DNA of 64,000 bases, from the IMG/VR virus record IMGVR_UViG_3300033074_001883, positions 16,046 through 80,045 of that record. The stretch is one strand, 5' to 3'. The notes under the pieces are model-generated. The model had not been told where the DNA came from. It made no database searches and saw only the letters and a program-made list of their open reading frames with translations. Each line of letters starts with the position of its first letter. Position 1 is the first letter of the stretch. This document shows positions 36,990 to 45,389 of this stretch, one piece after another. A program made the translations under genes and the position numbers. The stretch comes from a virus. Taxonomy: Duplodnaviria; Caudoviricetes.

Positions 36990-37460
36990 TTACGCGGCCT
37001 CATTCTGGCGCTTCATCGCGCGGAGCTTGGCCTTCAGCTTCTCGGCAGGCGAGAGGTTCTTCGACGCCTTCGGCTTCTTCGCCACGGGCTTCGGGTCGTC
37101 CTTCTTCGCGACCTTCTTCTTCGCGGGCTTCTCGACCTTCGCGGGCTTCTCGACCTTCGCGGCCTTCGCCTTCTTCGAGGGCTTGACCGACTTCGGCCGC
37201 TTGCCTTCGCCCCACACCGTGGGCTTCGAGGTGCGCTCCGTCTTCACGCCTGCCGGAGCGGGCACCGCCTTGTTGAAGGCCTCGACGAGCTGCTGAAGCA
37301 GGCCCGCCATCGAGACCCCGAGCGACTTCGCCCGGCGCTCGAAGCCCTGCGCCTCCTTGATGGGGAAGCGGTACGTGGAGAGGTAGAAGTCCTTCCCCAG
37401 AGCACCGCGCTCGTACGGCTGCGGGATGACCGACAACACCACCTTCTTGTTCTTCGACAT
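36990..37460 (-). CDS. DNA-binding protein: RHH-like N-terminus plus histone-H1-like Lys/Ala/Pro tail
   Basis: TYRFPIKEAQGFERRAKSLGVSMAGLLQQLVEAF, then KAAKVEKPAKVEKPAKKKVAKK. Confidence 0.7.
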   Translation of the reverse strand: MSKNKKVVLSVIPQPYERGALGKDFYLSTYRFPIKEAQGFERRAKSLGVSMAGLLQQLVEAFNKAVPAPAGVKTERTSKPTVWGEGKRPKSVKPSKKAKAAKVEKPAKVEKPAKKKVAKKDDPKPVAKKPKASKNLSPAEKLKAKLRAMKRQNEAA

Positions 37461-37509
37461 GACACGCTCCCTTGAGCATTGGTTAGCGCCCGTGAATGGG
37501 CGAACGGGG

Positions 37510-37539
37510 ACCCTAACCTTCACTGGAGCGGAACGTCAA
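37510..37539 (-). promoter_or_regulatory. Sigma70-type promoter candidate
   Basis: TTGACG-N18-TAGGGT upstream of the H1-like gene, followed by a CGCCC/GGGCG inverted repeat. Confidence 0.45.
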
Positions 37540-37542
37540 TAA

Positions 37543-37737
37543 CTACTTCGCGTCGAGCTTAGCGAGCAGAAGCTCGTACAAGAACCGCTGCACCGTGACG
37601 TCCCGGCCGTGCACGTGAGCGAGGAGGCGGGTGTGCACCTTCTTGGGGAGCTTGAGGTTCACTCGGATAACCTCGTTGCCGTACTCGTTGGCGCGCATCC
37701 ACTTGCCTCGCGCAGGAGTGCTTTTGTCTTTTGCCAC
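37543..37737 (-). CDS. Ribbon-helix-helix regulator
   Basis: IRVNLKLPKKVHTRLLAHVHGRDVTVQRFLYELL. Confidence 0.65.
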   Translation of the reverse strand: MAKDKSTPARGKWMRANEYGNEVIRVNLKLPKKVHTRLLAHVHGRDVTVQRFLYELLLAKLDAK

Positions 37738-37919
37738 TGTGGTTCGTCCTTGAGGTGAATGAGACCGCGCTCTAGCTCGCCGAACTTGACGACGTCGAGA
37801 CCGAGAGCGGCTGCTGCTTGGCGAAGCGTAAGCTCAAGCTCGGTCCGGAACGCGCGGAGTTCGCCCTTCGGGGGGACTTGCGTGTTCTCGGCAGTAAGCT
37901 CAATGAATGGAATCGCCAT
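37659..37919 (-). CDS. XRE-type HTH protein
   Basis: LRAFRTELELTLRQAAAALGLDVVKFGELERG; its 3' end overlaps the RHH gene. Confidence 0.6.
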   Translation of the reverse strand: MAIPFIELTAENTQVPPKGELRAFRTELELTLRQAAAALGLDVVKFGELERGLIHLKDEPQWQKTKALLREASGCAPTSTATRLSE

Positions 37920-37956
37920 CGGCCAAACGAAGCACGGAAGGCAAGGTTGACGCAAC

Positions 37957-38310
37957 ATGAAGGTCCTCTGCATAGACGACGACCCGTCTGTCGCTGAACT
38001 CGTAGCCGAGATCGTCACCTACTGCGGGCACACGGCCGTGGTGCTGACTGACCCGATGGCGTTGGTGGTGCACCTCCGAGACCCTGACCTCGGCGCGGTG
38101 CTGACCGACTACATGATGCCGAAGCTCGATGGCATCGAGGTGCTCACCATCGTCCAAGAGACAAGCGCGCCCCGGGTGCGCCGGGTGCTCATCACGGCGG
38201 CCCCGCAAGAGGCTGCGGTGAAGGCGGCCTCGGTGAGCGGAGTGGTGCAACTCGTCATCTCGAAGCCGCCGCGCATCCTCGACGTGAAGCTCGCGCTCGC
38301 GTGGATGTGA
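37957..38310 (+). CDS. Stand-alone response regulator receiver (CheY-like)
   Basis: KVLCIDDD, VLTDYMMPKLDGIEVL (phospho-acceptor Asp), VLITA, ISKP. Confidence 0.9.
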   Translation: MKVLCIDDDPSVAELVAEIVTYCGHTAVVLTDPMALVVHLRDPDLGAVLTDYMMPKLDGIEVLTIVQETSAPRVRRVLITAAPQEAAVKAASVSGVVQLVISKPPRILDVKLALAWM

Positions 38311-38311
38311 G

Positions 38312-38785
38312 TCAGCGCTTCGGTTGCTTCTGCTTCGAGAGAATCTGCGCGTCGTGGATGGCGCGGGTCGTGTCCTGCCGGAGTTCGTACTCCATCGTCT
38401 CCAGCTTCGCGGTGACGGAGCCGAGCACCTCCTTGACGGAGTCCCGGTAGAACGCGGCCTGCTTCTCGATGCGGTCGTCGAACGCTTCACGCGTCGAGGA
38501 GAGCGAGCCGAGGGAGGCGTCGAGCTTCTCCTTGAGGTACCGCTGCTCGTTGGCGAGGGCGCTGATGGAGCCGTCCAGCTTGGTGAGGCTGGCGACGAGC
38601 GCCTCACGCTGAGACTGAAGCTCCTCGACGTCTTCACGCAGCGAGGCGAGCTTCTCGTCTTCGAGTTGAATCTTCCGCGCGTTGAGCCACTTCACGAAGG
38701 TGGCTCCGCCTTGGAAGACTTCCTTCACGACGAGCCCGCCGACCGCGACGTAGATGGGTGTGAGGGCTGCGTCGACGTCAGCCAT
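38312..38785 (-). CDS. N-terminal hydrophobic anchor plus coiled-coil protein (holin-like?)
   Basis: 157 aa; hydrophobic N-terminus, heptad repeats. Confidence 0.5.
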   Translation of the reverse strand: MADVDAALTPIYVAVGGLVVKEVFQGGATFVKWLNARKIQLEDEKLASLREDVEELQSQREALVASLTKLDGSISALANEQRYLKEKLDASLGSLSSTREAFDDRIEKQAAFYRDSVKEVLGSVTAKLETMEYELRQDTTRAIHDAQILSKQKQPKR

Positions 38786-39119
38786 GCTTGTCGGGCTCCG
38801 GAGGCATCGGCGGAGTCGGGGCGGCTTCCTTGGGGGCCTCGGCGTGCACGGAGGTGGCGATGCGTTCGAGGATGCGGAGCATCTGACGCTGCTCGCCCTG
38901 CATGCTCATCATGAGCTTCTCACCCCGGATGGTGCGCTCGTCGATGCCCTTGACGACGCTCCGCAACAGCGACACTTCGTCGTCGAGGCGCTTCACCGTG
39001 ACTCCAATCCCGGTCATGCCGAGTTCGAGGATGGTCACTCGCTTGTCGAGATGAGCGAGGACACGAGACACAGAGTTCGGCTTGGGAGACGGCTTCTTCT
39101 TCGATTGTCGAGGGGCCAT
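38778..39119 (-). CDS. Coiled-coil hypothetical protein
   Basis: 113 aa from MAPRQSKK; stop overlaps the next start. Confidence 0.5.
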   Translation of the reverse strand: MAPRQSKKKPSPKPNSVSRVLAHLDKRVTILELGMTGIGVTVKRLDDEVSLLRSVVKGIDERTIRGEKLMMSMQGEQRQMLRILERIATSVHAEAPKEAAPTPPMPPEPDKHG

Positions 39120-39648
39120 GTCTGGCGGCAGGGTACACGGCAACCGGCCAGATGGCCAGTGCTTCAGCGGGGTCGGTTGCCCCGGTAGCACGGGAGCCGT
39201 GCCGCCATGCTGAAGCCGAAGCGTCCCTGCGACTTGGGGAACGGCTTCCGCTTCATCGGCCACGGCGGCACGGAGGTCTTCTTCGGCGGAACGAACTCCT
39301 CGGGCCAGATGAGGGGATCAGTCGATGTGACGGTGGAGTGGTCTTCGTAGGAGTGGAAGACCACCACCACCGTCGCGGAGGTGGTGGAGGGACGGAGCGT
39401 GACGATGGGGTACGGCCTGTCGAAGACGGTCAAGCCCAGAGCCCGGGGATGGGACTGATGGGCTCCGCCTTGAAGGGCAACTCCTCGCCCGGGCGCTTGG
39501 CCGCGTTGGTGAGGTCGCTCCCGTGGCGGAAGCAGAATACGGCGAACGAACCGTTGGGGTAGCTCACGAGACCGACTGCGAGGCACGAGCACTTTGAGCA
39601 CTTCATGGGTACGACCTCCTTTCAACGACGTGACGCATCGACTGTAGG

Positions 39649-39873
39649 TTACTGACCGGTGTGCGTCAACTTCTCTGCGAGGTCGGCGAGGAGGTACGAC
39701 TGCGCCTGCAAGTAGCCGCGTCGGGAGCGAGCGCTCAGGTTGAGCGTACCAGCGAGACCGATCGCGCCTTGCACCGTCGACGCATCGACCTCGGCGACGT
39801 ACCACTCGTTGTCGCGCCAGAAGCGGAACCAGAGACGTTGGACCTGCGAGTCGTGCGTGATGATGGGTTTCAT
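39649..39873 (-). CDS. Hypothetical protein
   Basis: 74 aa; ATGA overlap with the upstream gene. Confidence 0.5.
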   Translation of the reverse strand: MKPIITHDSQVQRLWFRFWRDNEWYVAEVDASTVQGAIGLAGTLNLSARSRRGYLQAQSYLLADLAEKLTHTGQ

Positions 39874-40448
39874 TCGACGATGTCCTTCCCAAGCAAGAGG
39901 AGCGAGGCGGCGCGGAGAACGGAGAGGCGCTTCCCCGGCTTCACCGGGCGGAGGGCTTCAAGGACACGCTGCGCAATCTGGAGTTCGAGGAGCGACTTGT
40001 CGATGGGGTCGTTGGTGTTGTGGTTACCAGCGAGCCGGGCCTTCTCGCGTTGGAGGCTGGAGAGTTCGGATTGCTTCAACTCGTAGTAGTCGCGGTTGTT
40101 GTCGAGACGGGTCGGGTCGTACGCGATGCCTGCCGCCGAGAGTGCTCGCTTGAGTGCGTCGAGCGGCGTCTCGTAGCGGACCTCGGTGCGCGCGAGCTTC
40201 TTCTTCATCGACTCGGCGTAGTCGCGGTTGTGGAAAAGCTGCTCCGGGTTGAACGGGATGTGTGCCGCGCAGAGACCTCGATGGAGTGAGCCGAGTTCGT
40301 CCGAGGCGCTCTTGTAGGCGTACTTGATGTGCGACGGGTGGCAGACGACATAGCCGTTCTCGTGGGGGATGAGCGTGCACTCGTTGGCGCGCTCCTCCTC
40401 CGTGAGTTCGGCGGTGGAATTGACGACGCGGTCGAAGACGATGGGCAT
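39870..40448 (-). CDS. Hypothetical protein with an internal duplication
   Basis: Two copies of L.R.L.AA.I..(N/D)P..L..NRDY.E. Confidence 0.6.
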   Translation of the reverse strand: MPIVFDRVVNSTAELTEEERANECTLIPHENGYVVCHPSHIKYAYKSASDELGSLHRGLCAAHIPFNPEQLFHNRDYAESMKKKLARTEVRYETPLDALKRALSAAGIAYDPTRLDNNRDYYELKQSELSSLQREKARLAGNHNTNDPIDKSLLELQIAQRVLEALRPVKPGKRLSVLRAASLLLLGKDIVE

Positions 40449-40553
40449 GGGGACGACTCCTTCAGGAAGGGCCCTAGACGGGCCGTGGTTGAACGAACGA
40501 CGGGAAAGGCGGCTCCCGGGCCGGTGAGCCCGGGGAAACGGCGTGGTGGGGCT

Positions 40554-41123
40554 TCAGCGGCCGAGGACGATGCCGAGGAGGCGACGGAGGACGTTCCGCA
40601 TCGAACCCGAGGATTCGGGCATGTCATCATGGGCTGGCGGGCCAAGCATCAGGCGGTACGTCGCTGCGCGGTCGTTGGGGTGGTGGTGGTGCTGAATCGA
40701 ATTGGTGGGAAACGCGCAGTCGTAGCAACCGTCGGCTTGAAGGATCGCGTCGAGCCGGAGTAGCTCTTTCTTGTCGTCGAGGCTTACGCCCTTGCCTTCG
40801 AGGAAATCGTTAAGCACGAGGCGGAGTTCGTCTCGCTCCTTCGCGAGCGCGCGGATGTTCGCTGCCAACTGGCTCGGTACTTTGAGGTAACCCTCCAACG
40901 GAGTCGCGATGCCCGTGCCCGCCATGGCGGCGAGCGCGGTGTCCGCCAAGTCGGGGGTGACATACGCACGGTCGCGCCAGCCCAAGACGCACTTGACGTG
41001 ATGAGGGACCGGGCGGCCGGGGTTGTTCGGGCGCGGGAGCCCGATGGGCCACTCGCCGGGGTTTCCGGCGTAGCTGCTCGTCGGTCCGCCGCACTCCGCG
41101 CAGAGACCGTCGACCGACCTCAT
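40554..41123 (-). CDS. Hypothetical protein with zinc motifs
   Basis: LCAECGG..HHVKC and CYDC motifs; ATGA coupling. Confidence 0.55.
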   Translation of the reverse strand: MRSVDGLCAECGGPTSSYAGNPGEWPIGLPRPNNPGRPVPHHVKCVLGWRDRAYVTPDLADTALAAMAGTGIATPLEGYLKVPSQLAANIRALAKERDELRLVLNDFLEGKGVSLDDKKELLRLDAILQADGCYDCAFPTNSIQHHHHPNDRAATYRLMLGPPAHDDMPESSGSMRNVLRRLLGIVLGR

Positions 41124-41629
41124 GACGTGCCTCTGATGAGGGCGAGCAACTCGCTCGCAAAGGTCGCCGTCGCGATGTCGACGAAGCGGGCCTGCCCGGG
41201 AAGGCGTAGCTCCAGTTGATAGATGACCTTCTGGAGTCTGTCGTTGAGAGTCGCCATGTCGCGCTCCAGAGCAGACGTCATATCGACGTTGAGGCGCGTG
41301 AGGTCGACCTTGGATGCGTCGACGCGAATGGGAACGGGTTGCTTCACGTAAGCAGAGAGCCGCGCCGTGAGTTCCCTTGCCTCCGCTCTGAGTGCCTCGT
41401 ACTGGTCCTTGAGCCTGTCGTAGCGACCGCGCTCGTAGTCGCGCTCCTTGACCGTGAGGCTGTAGAAGGCCTCGCGCACCTCTTGCTCCGCTCGGAGCCC
41501 GTAGATGTAGGCGACGACCTGACGGTAGTCCTCGCGCGTCGTCTGAGGCCCCATCCGGTTCTCGGCTGCCGCGTCGAGGTTATTCACGGCGTCCTGCACT
41601 TCCTTGGGAATCGGCTCTTGCTTATTCAT
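41120..41629 (-). CDS. Coiled-coil hypothetical protein
   Basis: 169 aa from MNKQEP. Confidence 0.55.
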   Translation of the reverse strand: MNKQEPIPKEVQDAVNNLDAAAENRMGPQTTREDYRQVVAYIYGLRAEQEVREAFYSLTVKERDYERGRYDRLKDQYEALRAEARELTARLSAYVKQPVPIRVDASKVDLTRLNVDMTSALERDMATLNDRLQKVIYQLELRLPGQARFVDIATATFASELLALIRGTS

Positions 41630-41843
41630 CGAACTTCTCCTCGAAGTGGCCCATGACGGTCTGCAAGAGGTGGTCGAAGTCGCCGGACTTGGCTTTCTTC
41701 GCGAAAGCCTCGATGCGCTCGGGGCTCCACCCGGCTTGCTTGGCTGCCCTGCGGCACTTCGCGAGGATGACGAATGCGTTGCCCTCTTCGTAGAGGCGGA
41801 AGACGGGGATGAGCGGCTCGGGCTTCGGCTTGCGGGCTCCCAT
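41622..41843 (-). CDS. Conserved small phage protein
   Basis: GNAFVILAKCRRAAKQAGW..EAF..KAKSGDFDHLLQT motif, which I recognise from phage hypotheticals. Confidence 0.65.
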   Translation of the reverse strand: MGARKPKPEPLIPVFRLYEEGNAFVILAKCRRAAKQAGWSPERIEAFAKKAKSGDFDHLLQTVMGHFEEKFDE

Positions 41844-41844
41844 G

Positions 41845-42177
41845 TTAGTGAGTCCCTTCGATGATGACCTTCTTCTGCTGCGCCTCGTCCCGCTTCACCT
41901 CCTCGTCGACCTTCTTGGAGACGCTGTCCGCGATGGCGTGGCACGCCTCGATGAGCGGCTTGACGAGCGTCTCGGAGTTGGCTGCGGGACCGAGGACGTC
42001 GCGGATGGTCATGATGCCGAGTTGAGCACCGAGGATGAAGCCGCCGACCTCTTCGAGGAGGGCGCTGAGTTGCTCAGGCGAGGGCGGTCCTTCGACGCGG
42101 ACGTTGATGGCCTCGAACGCCTTGTTGAAGTTCCGGATGATGTTATCGGTCTTGGCTTGGATGTTGATGGTCTTCAT
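41845..42177 (-). CDS. Hypothetical protein
   Basis: 110 aa from MKTINIQ; GGAGG RBS. Confidence 0.55.
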   Translation of the reverse strand: MKTINIQAKTDNIIRNFNKAFEAINVRVEGPPSPEQLSALLEEVGGFILGAQLGIMTIRDVLGPAANSETLVKPLIEACHAIADSVSKKVDEEVKRDEAQQKKVIIEGTH

Positions 42178-42213
42178 GTGGGCTGCCTCCGTTCCCGTGA
42201 TTGGGAGGCGAGC

Positions 42214-42243
42214 ATCATTCGCCGACGCGAGAAGTTGTGTCAA
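42214..42243 (-). promoter_or_regulatory. Sigma70-type promoter candidate
   Basis: TTGACA-N18-AATGAT in the intergenic gap. Confidence 0.4.
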
Positions 42244-42264
42244 GAACCTTTCGACGCGCTCTCG

Positions 42265-42903
42265 TTAACCTTCTTCAAGTCGGCGTTGGTGACGTTGCAC
42301 CCAGCGGACGTAGTCGATGAGTTCGAGGTGTGGCTTACCGTCTGATGCGTTGGGGTGCTCGAAGATGTTCATCGGCCGGTAGTCGTAGTCGGCAGGCACG
42401 CCGTTGCCGGTGAGCGGCTTCCCGTCGACGCCGAGCGGGATGCGTTGGTTCCACCACGTGTCGTTGACGCTGGTCGCGTCGATGCCGACGCCGAGGAGGC
42501 CGGGATGGTAGCGAAGGTCGTCGAGGTGGTCGGCCATCTGAAGCGTTGTGGAGGCGATGCCTTGGGGACCGAGGTGCGTCGTGTAGAGCCATCGAAGCGC
42601 CTCGGCGAGTGGAGCGAATCCATCACGCCTCACCCAGACGCGGTCGAAGGTCGCGGCGAGCAGGAGCCGCAACCGTTCGTCGAGGCGGTCGCCGTACGCC
42701 TCGGCGCAGATGAGGTCGAGTTCGGGGGACACGCCCGTCGCCGCTGACCACGTGCGCATCCACGCTTTGTTGAGCCCGCACGCGAGGGCCACCGTGTCCC
42801 AGATGGCAGGCGCGAAGCCCCATGAGTTGTGTGCTTCCCGTCGCCTCGGAAAGTTGGCGACCCATCCGTCCTCGTTAATCAACCGCAGTGTCACGCGACT
42901 CAT
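42265..42903 (-). CDS. Hypothetical protein
   Basis: 212 aa from MSRVTLR. Confidence 0.6.
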   Translation of the reverse strand: MSRVTLRLINEDGWVANFPRRREAHNSWGFAPAIWDTVALACGLNKAWMRTWSAATGVSPELDLICAEAYGDRLDERLRLLLAATFDRVWVRRDGFAPLAEALRWLYTTHLGPQGIASTTLQMADHLDDLRYHPGLLGVGIDATSVNDTWWNQRIPLGVDGKPLTGNGVPADYDYRPMNIFEHPNASDGKPHLELIDYVRWVQRHQRRLEEG

Positions 42904-42988
42904 CGAATGCTCCACGCTAACCTCACCGTGATTGGTGAAGAGCCCGAGCCTTGGCCGAAGAGGCTCCGTTCGTCAAGCGTTCGTTAAC

Positions 42989-43477
42989 CTAGAGCCACGC
43001 GTGGTACTCGTCGACGGCTGCGTTGTAGCCGCGTTCGGCCCAGTGCGCGTGGTCCTTCTGGTTCACGGGTTGAGGGCCGTGGACGAGGGTCTCGTGCCGG
43101 TGCGCGAGTTCATGGCAGAGCGCGGCGAAGTCACGGCCGACGACGATGTTCCGGTCGTTCTGGAGACCGGCGACACGACGACCCCAGTCGTCGGTCCATT
43201 CGTTCTCGGGCATGACGAAGATGCGCACGTCGGCGAGGAGGACTCTGGCTCTGACGACCGTAGCGACGCGGTAGTCGAGGGAGATGAGCGCACGCGCGAA
43301 GGCCGCTTCGAGGCGATGCGCGTCGACCTCGTGACCGTAGCCGTGGAAGGTGACCTTTGGGTAACCAACCAGTGGCGTCATCTTCGGTTGAGCGAGGAGC
43401 CATCGGATGCCAATGGACGCGAGGCCTCCCACGATGAGGGTGAGGACGATGAGGACGACGACAGTGGATGCGGACAT
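42989..43477 (-). CDS. Membrane-anchored HExxH (zincin-like) protein
   Basis: N-terminal TM segment (VVVLIVLTLIVGGLASIGI); ALCHELAHRHE motif; AAGGAG RBS. Confidence 0.6.
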   Translation of the reverse strand: MSASTVVVLIVLTLIVGGLASIGIRWLLAQPKMTPLVGYPKVTFHGYGHEVDAHRLEAAFARALISLDYRVATVVRARVLLADVRIFVMPENEWTDDWGRRVAGLQNDRNIVVGRDFAALCHELAHRHETLVHGPQPVNQKDHAHWAERGYNAAVDEYHAWL

Positions 43478-43504
43478 TCGTTTCTCCTTGTGGACCTACG
43501 TTAA

Positions 43505-43581
43505 GCAGTAAAAAATCGAGCCCGTTGTGTCACGACCGTTCTCGGTGTGGTGCAGTAAAAATTCGAGGTCGGGTGTCACGA
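43505..43581. repeat. Imperfect direct repeat (2 copies)
   Basis: GCAGTAAAAA(A/T)TCGAG-N6/5-GTGTCACGA at 43505-43535 and 43552-43581. Confidence 0.7.
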
Positions 43582-43616
43582 TTGGCGAACCCGGTAGCAC
43601 CCTATGTGTGACCCCC

Positions 43617-44057
43617 TCATCCTGTAACAAGCACCCCTTCATGCACCGTGCCACTCGCGGCCGTGCGTTCACGCACCACGTCACGCCATTGCGCCAACAG
43701 CCATGCCACGTGCTTAGCGTCGCGGTGCCATGGCCCATGGTTGGGCGGGTCGCCTGCCGTGTAGCCGTGCGCCTGCGAGAGCATGGCGCGGAGGCGGTCG
43801 ACCGTGATGCTCTCCACCGGCTGGCCTTCGAAGACGCGCATGCATTCACGCCATGCCTCGTGCGTGTGGCGCGTCCACGCCATGCGGCCTACGTACAGCG
43901 AGGCCGGTGGCGTGCGCATCCACGTCCATGCGTGCGGGTCGACCGCGTAGGCGATGGGCTCGTTGTACGCGAGGCGGTTCACCCCAGTGATGCGCTCGTC
44001 GCCCACCGTGACGGTCACCGTTCCGGGTGCGTAGGCCTTGCGCTCGTTGGCGCTCAC
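43617..44057 (-). CDS. Hypothetical protein
   Basis: 146 aa; GTGA overlap with the upstream HTH gene. Confidence 0.5.
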   Translation of the reverse strand: MSANERKAYAPGTVTVTVGDERITGVNRLAYNEPIAYAVDPHAWTWMRTPPASLYVGRMAWTRHTHEAWRECMRVFEGQPVESITVDRLRAMLSQAHGYTAGDPPNHGPWHRDAKHVAWLLAQWRDVVRERTAASGTVHEGVLVTG

Positions 44058-44263
44058 GTGCCCTCCGTGTGCTTAACGAGCGGTACACGAGTGCCGTCGT
44101 GACGCCTGCGCATGCCGGTGGCCTCTTCGAGGAGGATGCGCGCCACGGTGTCGCGCTTGATGCCCAATCGAGCGGCCAACTGGGGTGTCGTGAGGCTCGG
44201 GTCCTTGGCCCGGAGGGCGATGATGGTGGCCCGTTGCAGGGCGATGCGTTCCTTGCGTTGCAT
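44054..44263 (-). CDS. HTH DNA-binding protein
   Basis: DPSLTTPQLAARLGIKRDTVARIL. Confidence 0.65.
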   Translation of the reverse strand: MQRKERIALQRATIIALRAKDPSLTTPQLAARLGIKRDTVARILLEEATGMRRRHDGTRVPLVKHTEGT

Positions 44264-44359
44264 GTGGTCCTCGCTGGTGGTGCGTCGTGGTGCTTAATCA
44301 AACGTCGAAAATGAGGGTCAAGCTGCCAAAACGATGACGAATTGCGAACCCGGACCCGA

Positions 44360-44620
44360 AATCGGGGTGTTTCGGCCTCTTCGGCGTGCTTCCGGGTGTC
44401 GGGCGCGTGTTGGCGTGCCTTTGGGACGGCTCCGAGGGCCTAGGAGGGCTTGTGGGGTGTTTTCGGGCCTTCGGTGGGGCTCCCGGAGGGTTCCGGGCAT
44501 GAAAACGGCTCCACGGGCCTCCTAGGCGGCTTCCCTAGGTGTCTTCGGGCTCCCTCGTGTGGCCTTTGAGCCTTGGGGTGAGCCTTTCGGGACTCTTCAC
44601 GTGGTGGGGTGGCTCTTGTG
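44360..44620. repeat. Helically phased (~10 bp) T-tract/G-tract array
   Basis: T or TT falls at or within 1 nt of every 10th base from 44370 to 44560, alternating with G runs; A-poor on the plus strand. Confidence 0.6.
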
Positions 44621-44909
44621 GGGTGTGCCCCGGGGGATGAATCCCCCGGACCCCCTCTTTGCGCATGACGTGGGTCACCGTGCATCGCCCACCCGTCTGC
44701 CTCGTGTGCATGGTGCCCTCGCGGACGGTATCGCGGCAATGCGGGCACCGGTCGAGAGGGCCTTCGATGTGGTTAGCCTTCGGTGGGTGCACGGGCCGGA
44801 GTTCCACGATGGTGCACCTCCCGCCCCCGTAGAACACGTGGGCAAATCGGTCAGTCACCTTCTCTCCGCAATTGGGGCACGTGTGCGCCCCTTCGATGCT
44901 TAACGTCAT
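44535..44909 (-). CDS. Double zinc-ribbon protein
   Basis: Two CPxC..H..GGRCT repeats; AAGGAG RBS. Confidence 0.55.
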   Translation of the reverse strand: MTLSIEGAHTCPNCGEKVTDRFAHVFYGGGRCTIVELRPVHPPKANHIEGPLDRCPHCRDTVREGTMHTRQTGGRCTVTHVMRKEGVRGIHPPGHTPQEPPHHVKSPERLTPRLKGHTREPEDT

Positions 44910-45050
44910 GGCGTCTCCTTGAGTGTGGCAATCCAACGGTCAATGGCCACGAGGCGCGGCCCATCCGTCCAACGCGGCGCATACCCACGGCTCCGCTTGA
45001 ACCTCGCGGGCCCGTAGGGTTGACGCTGGAGAGGCGCTTCTACTTGGTCT

Positions 45051-45389
45051 TCACGGGTGTGGGCGTGGGCGTCGCTTTGCCTTCACCGCGACGCGGTCGC
45101 CGTTGATGTCGAACCAGAGCTTCGAGTGGTCGACCGTGTAGGACACCTCCGGGTAGCGCGCGTTCGCGAGCGCCACCTCTTCCGCGTTGCCGGTCACCGA
45201 GCCGTACTCCTTGAGGTGACGCTCCGTGATGGTGGCCCCGAGCGCACGTGCCGCCGCAGCCCTACTCTTGGCGGCTACAATGGCGCGCGCTTGGCTATGA
45301 GTGAGCGCGAGCTTCTCCCGGAACGCGCTCGGCATGTGCATGGTGATGCCCCACACGCGGAGCGCTGGGGTTGCTTTGACGGTCTTCAT
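45051..45389 (-). CDS. Hypothetical protein
   Basis: 112 aa from MKTVKA; GGAGG RBS. Confidence 0.55.
   Translation of the reverse strand: MKTVKATPALRVWGITMHMPSAFREKLALTHSQARAIVAAKSRAAAARALGATITERHLKEYGSVTGNAEEVALANARYPEVSYTVDHSKLWFDINGDRVAVKAKRRPRPHP

Noticed and set aside
39120-39648. Possible small ORFs (e.g. MKCSKCSC.. at 39606)
   Set aside because: Several overlapping short frames and no way to choose between them without homology.
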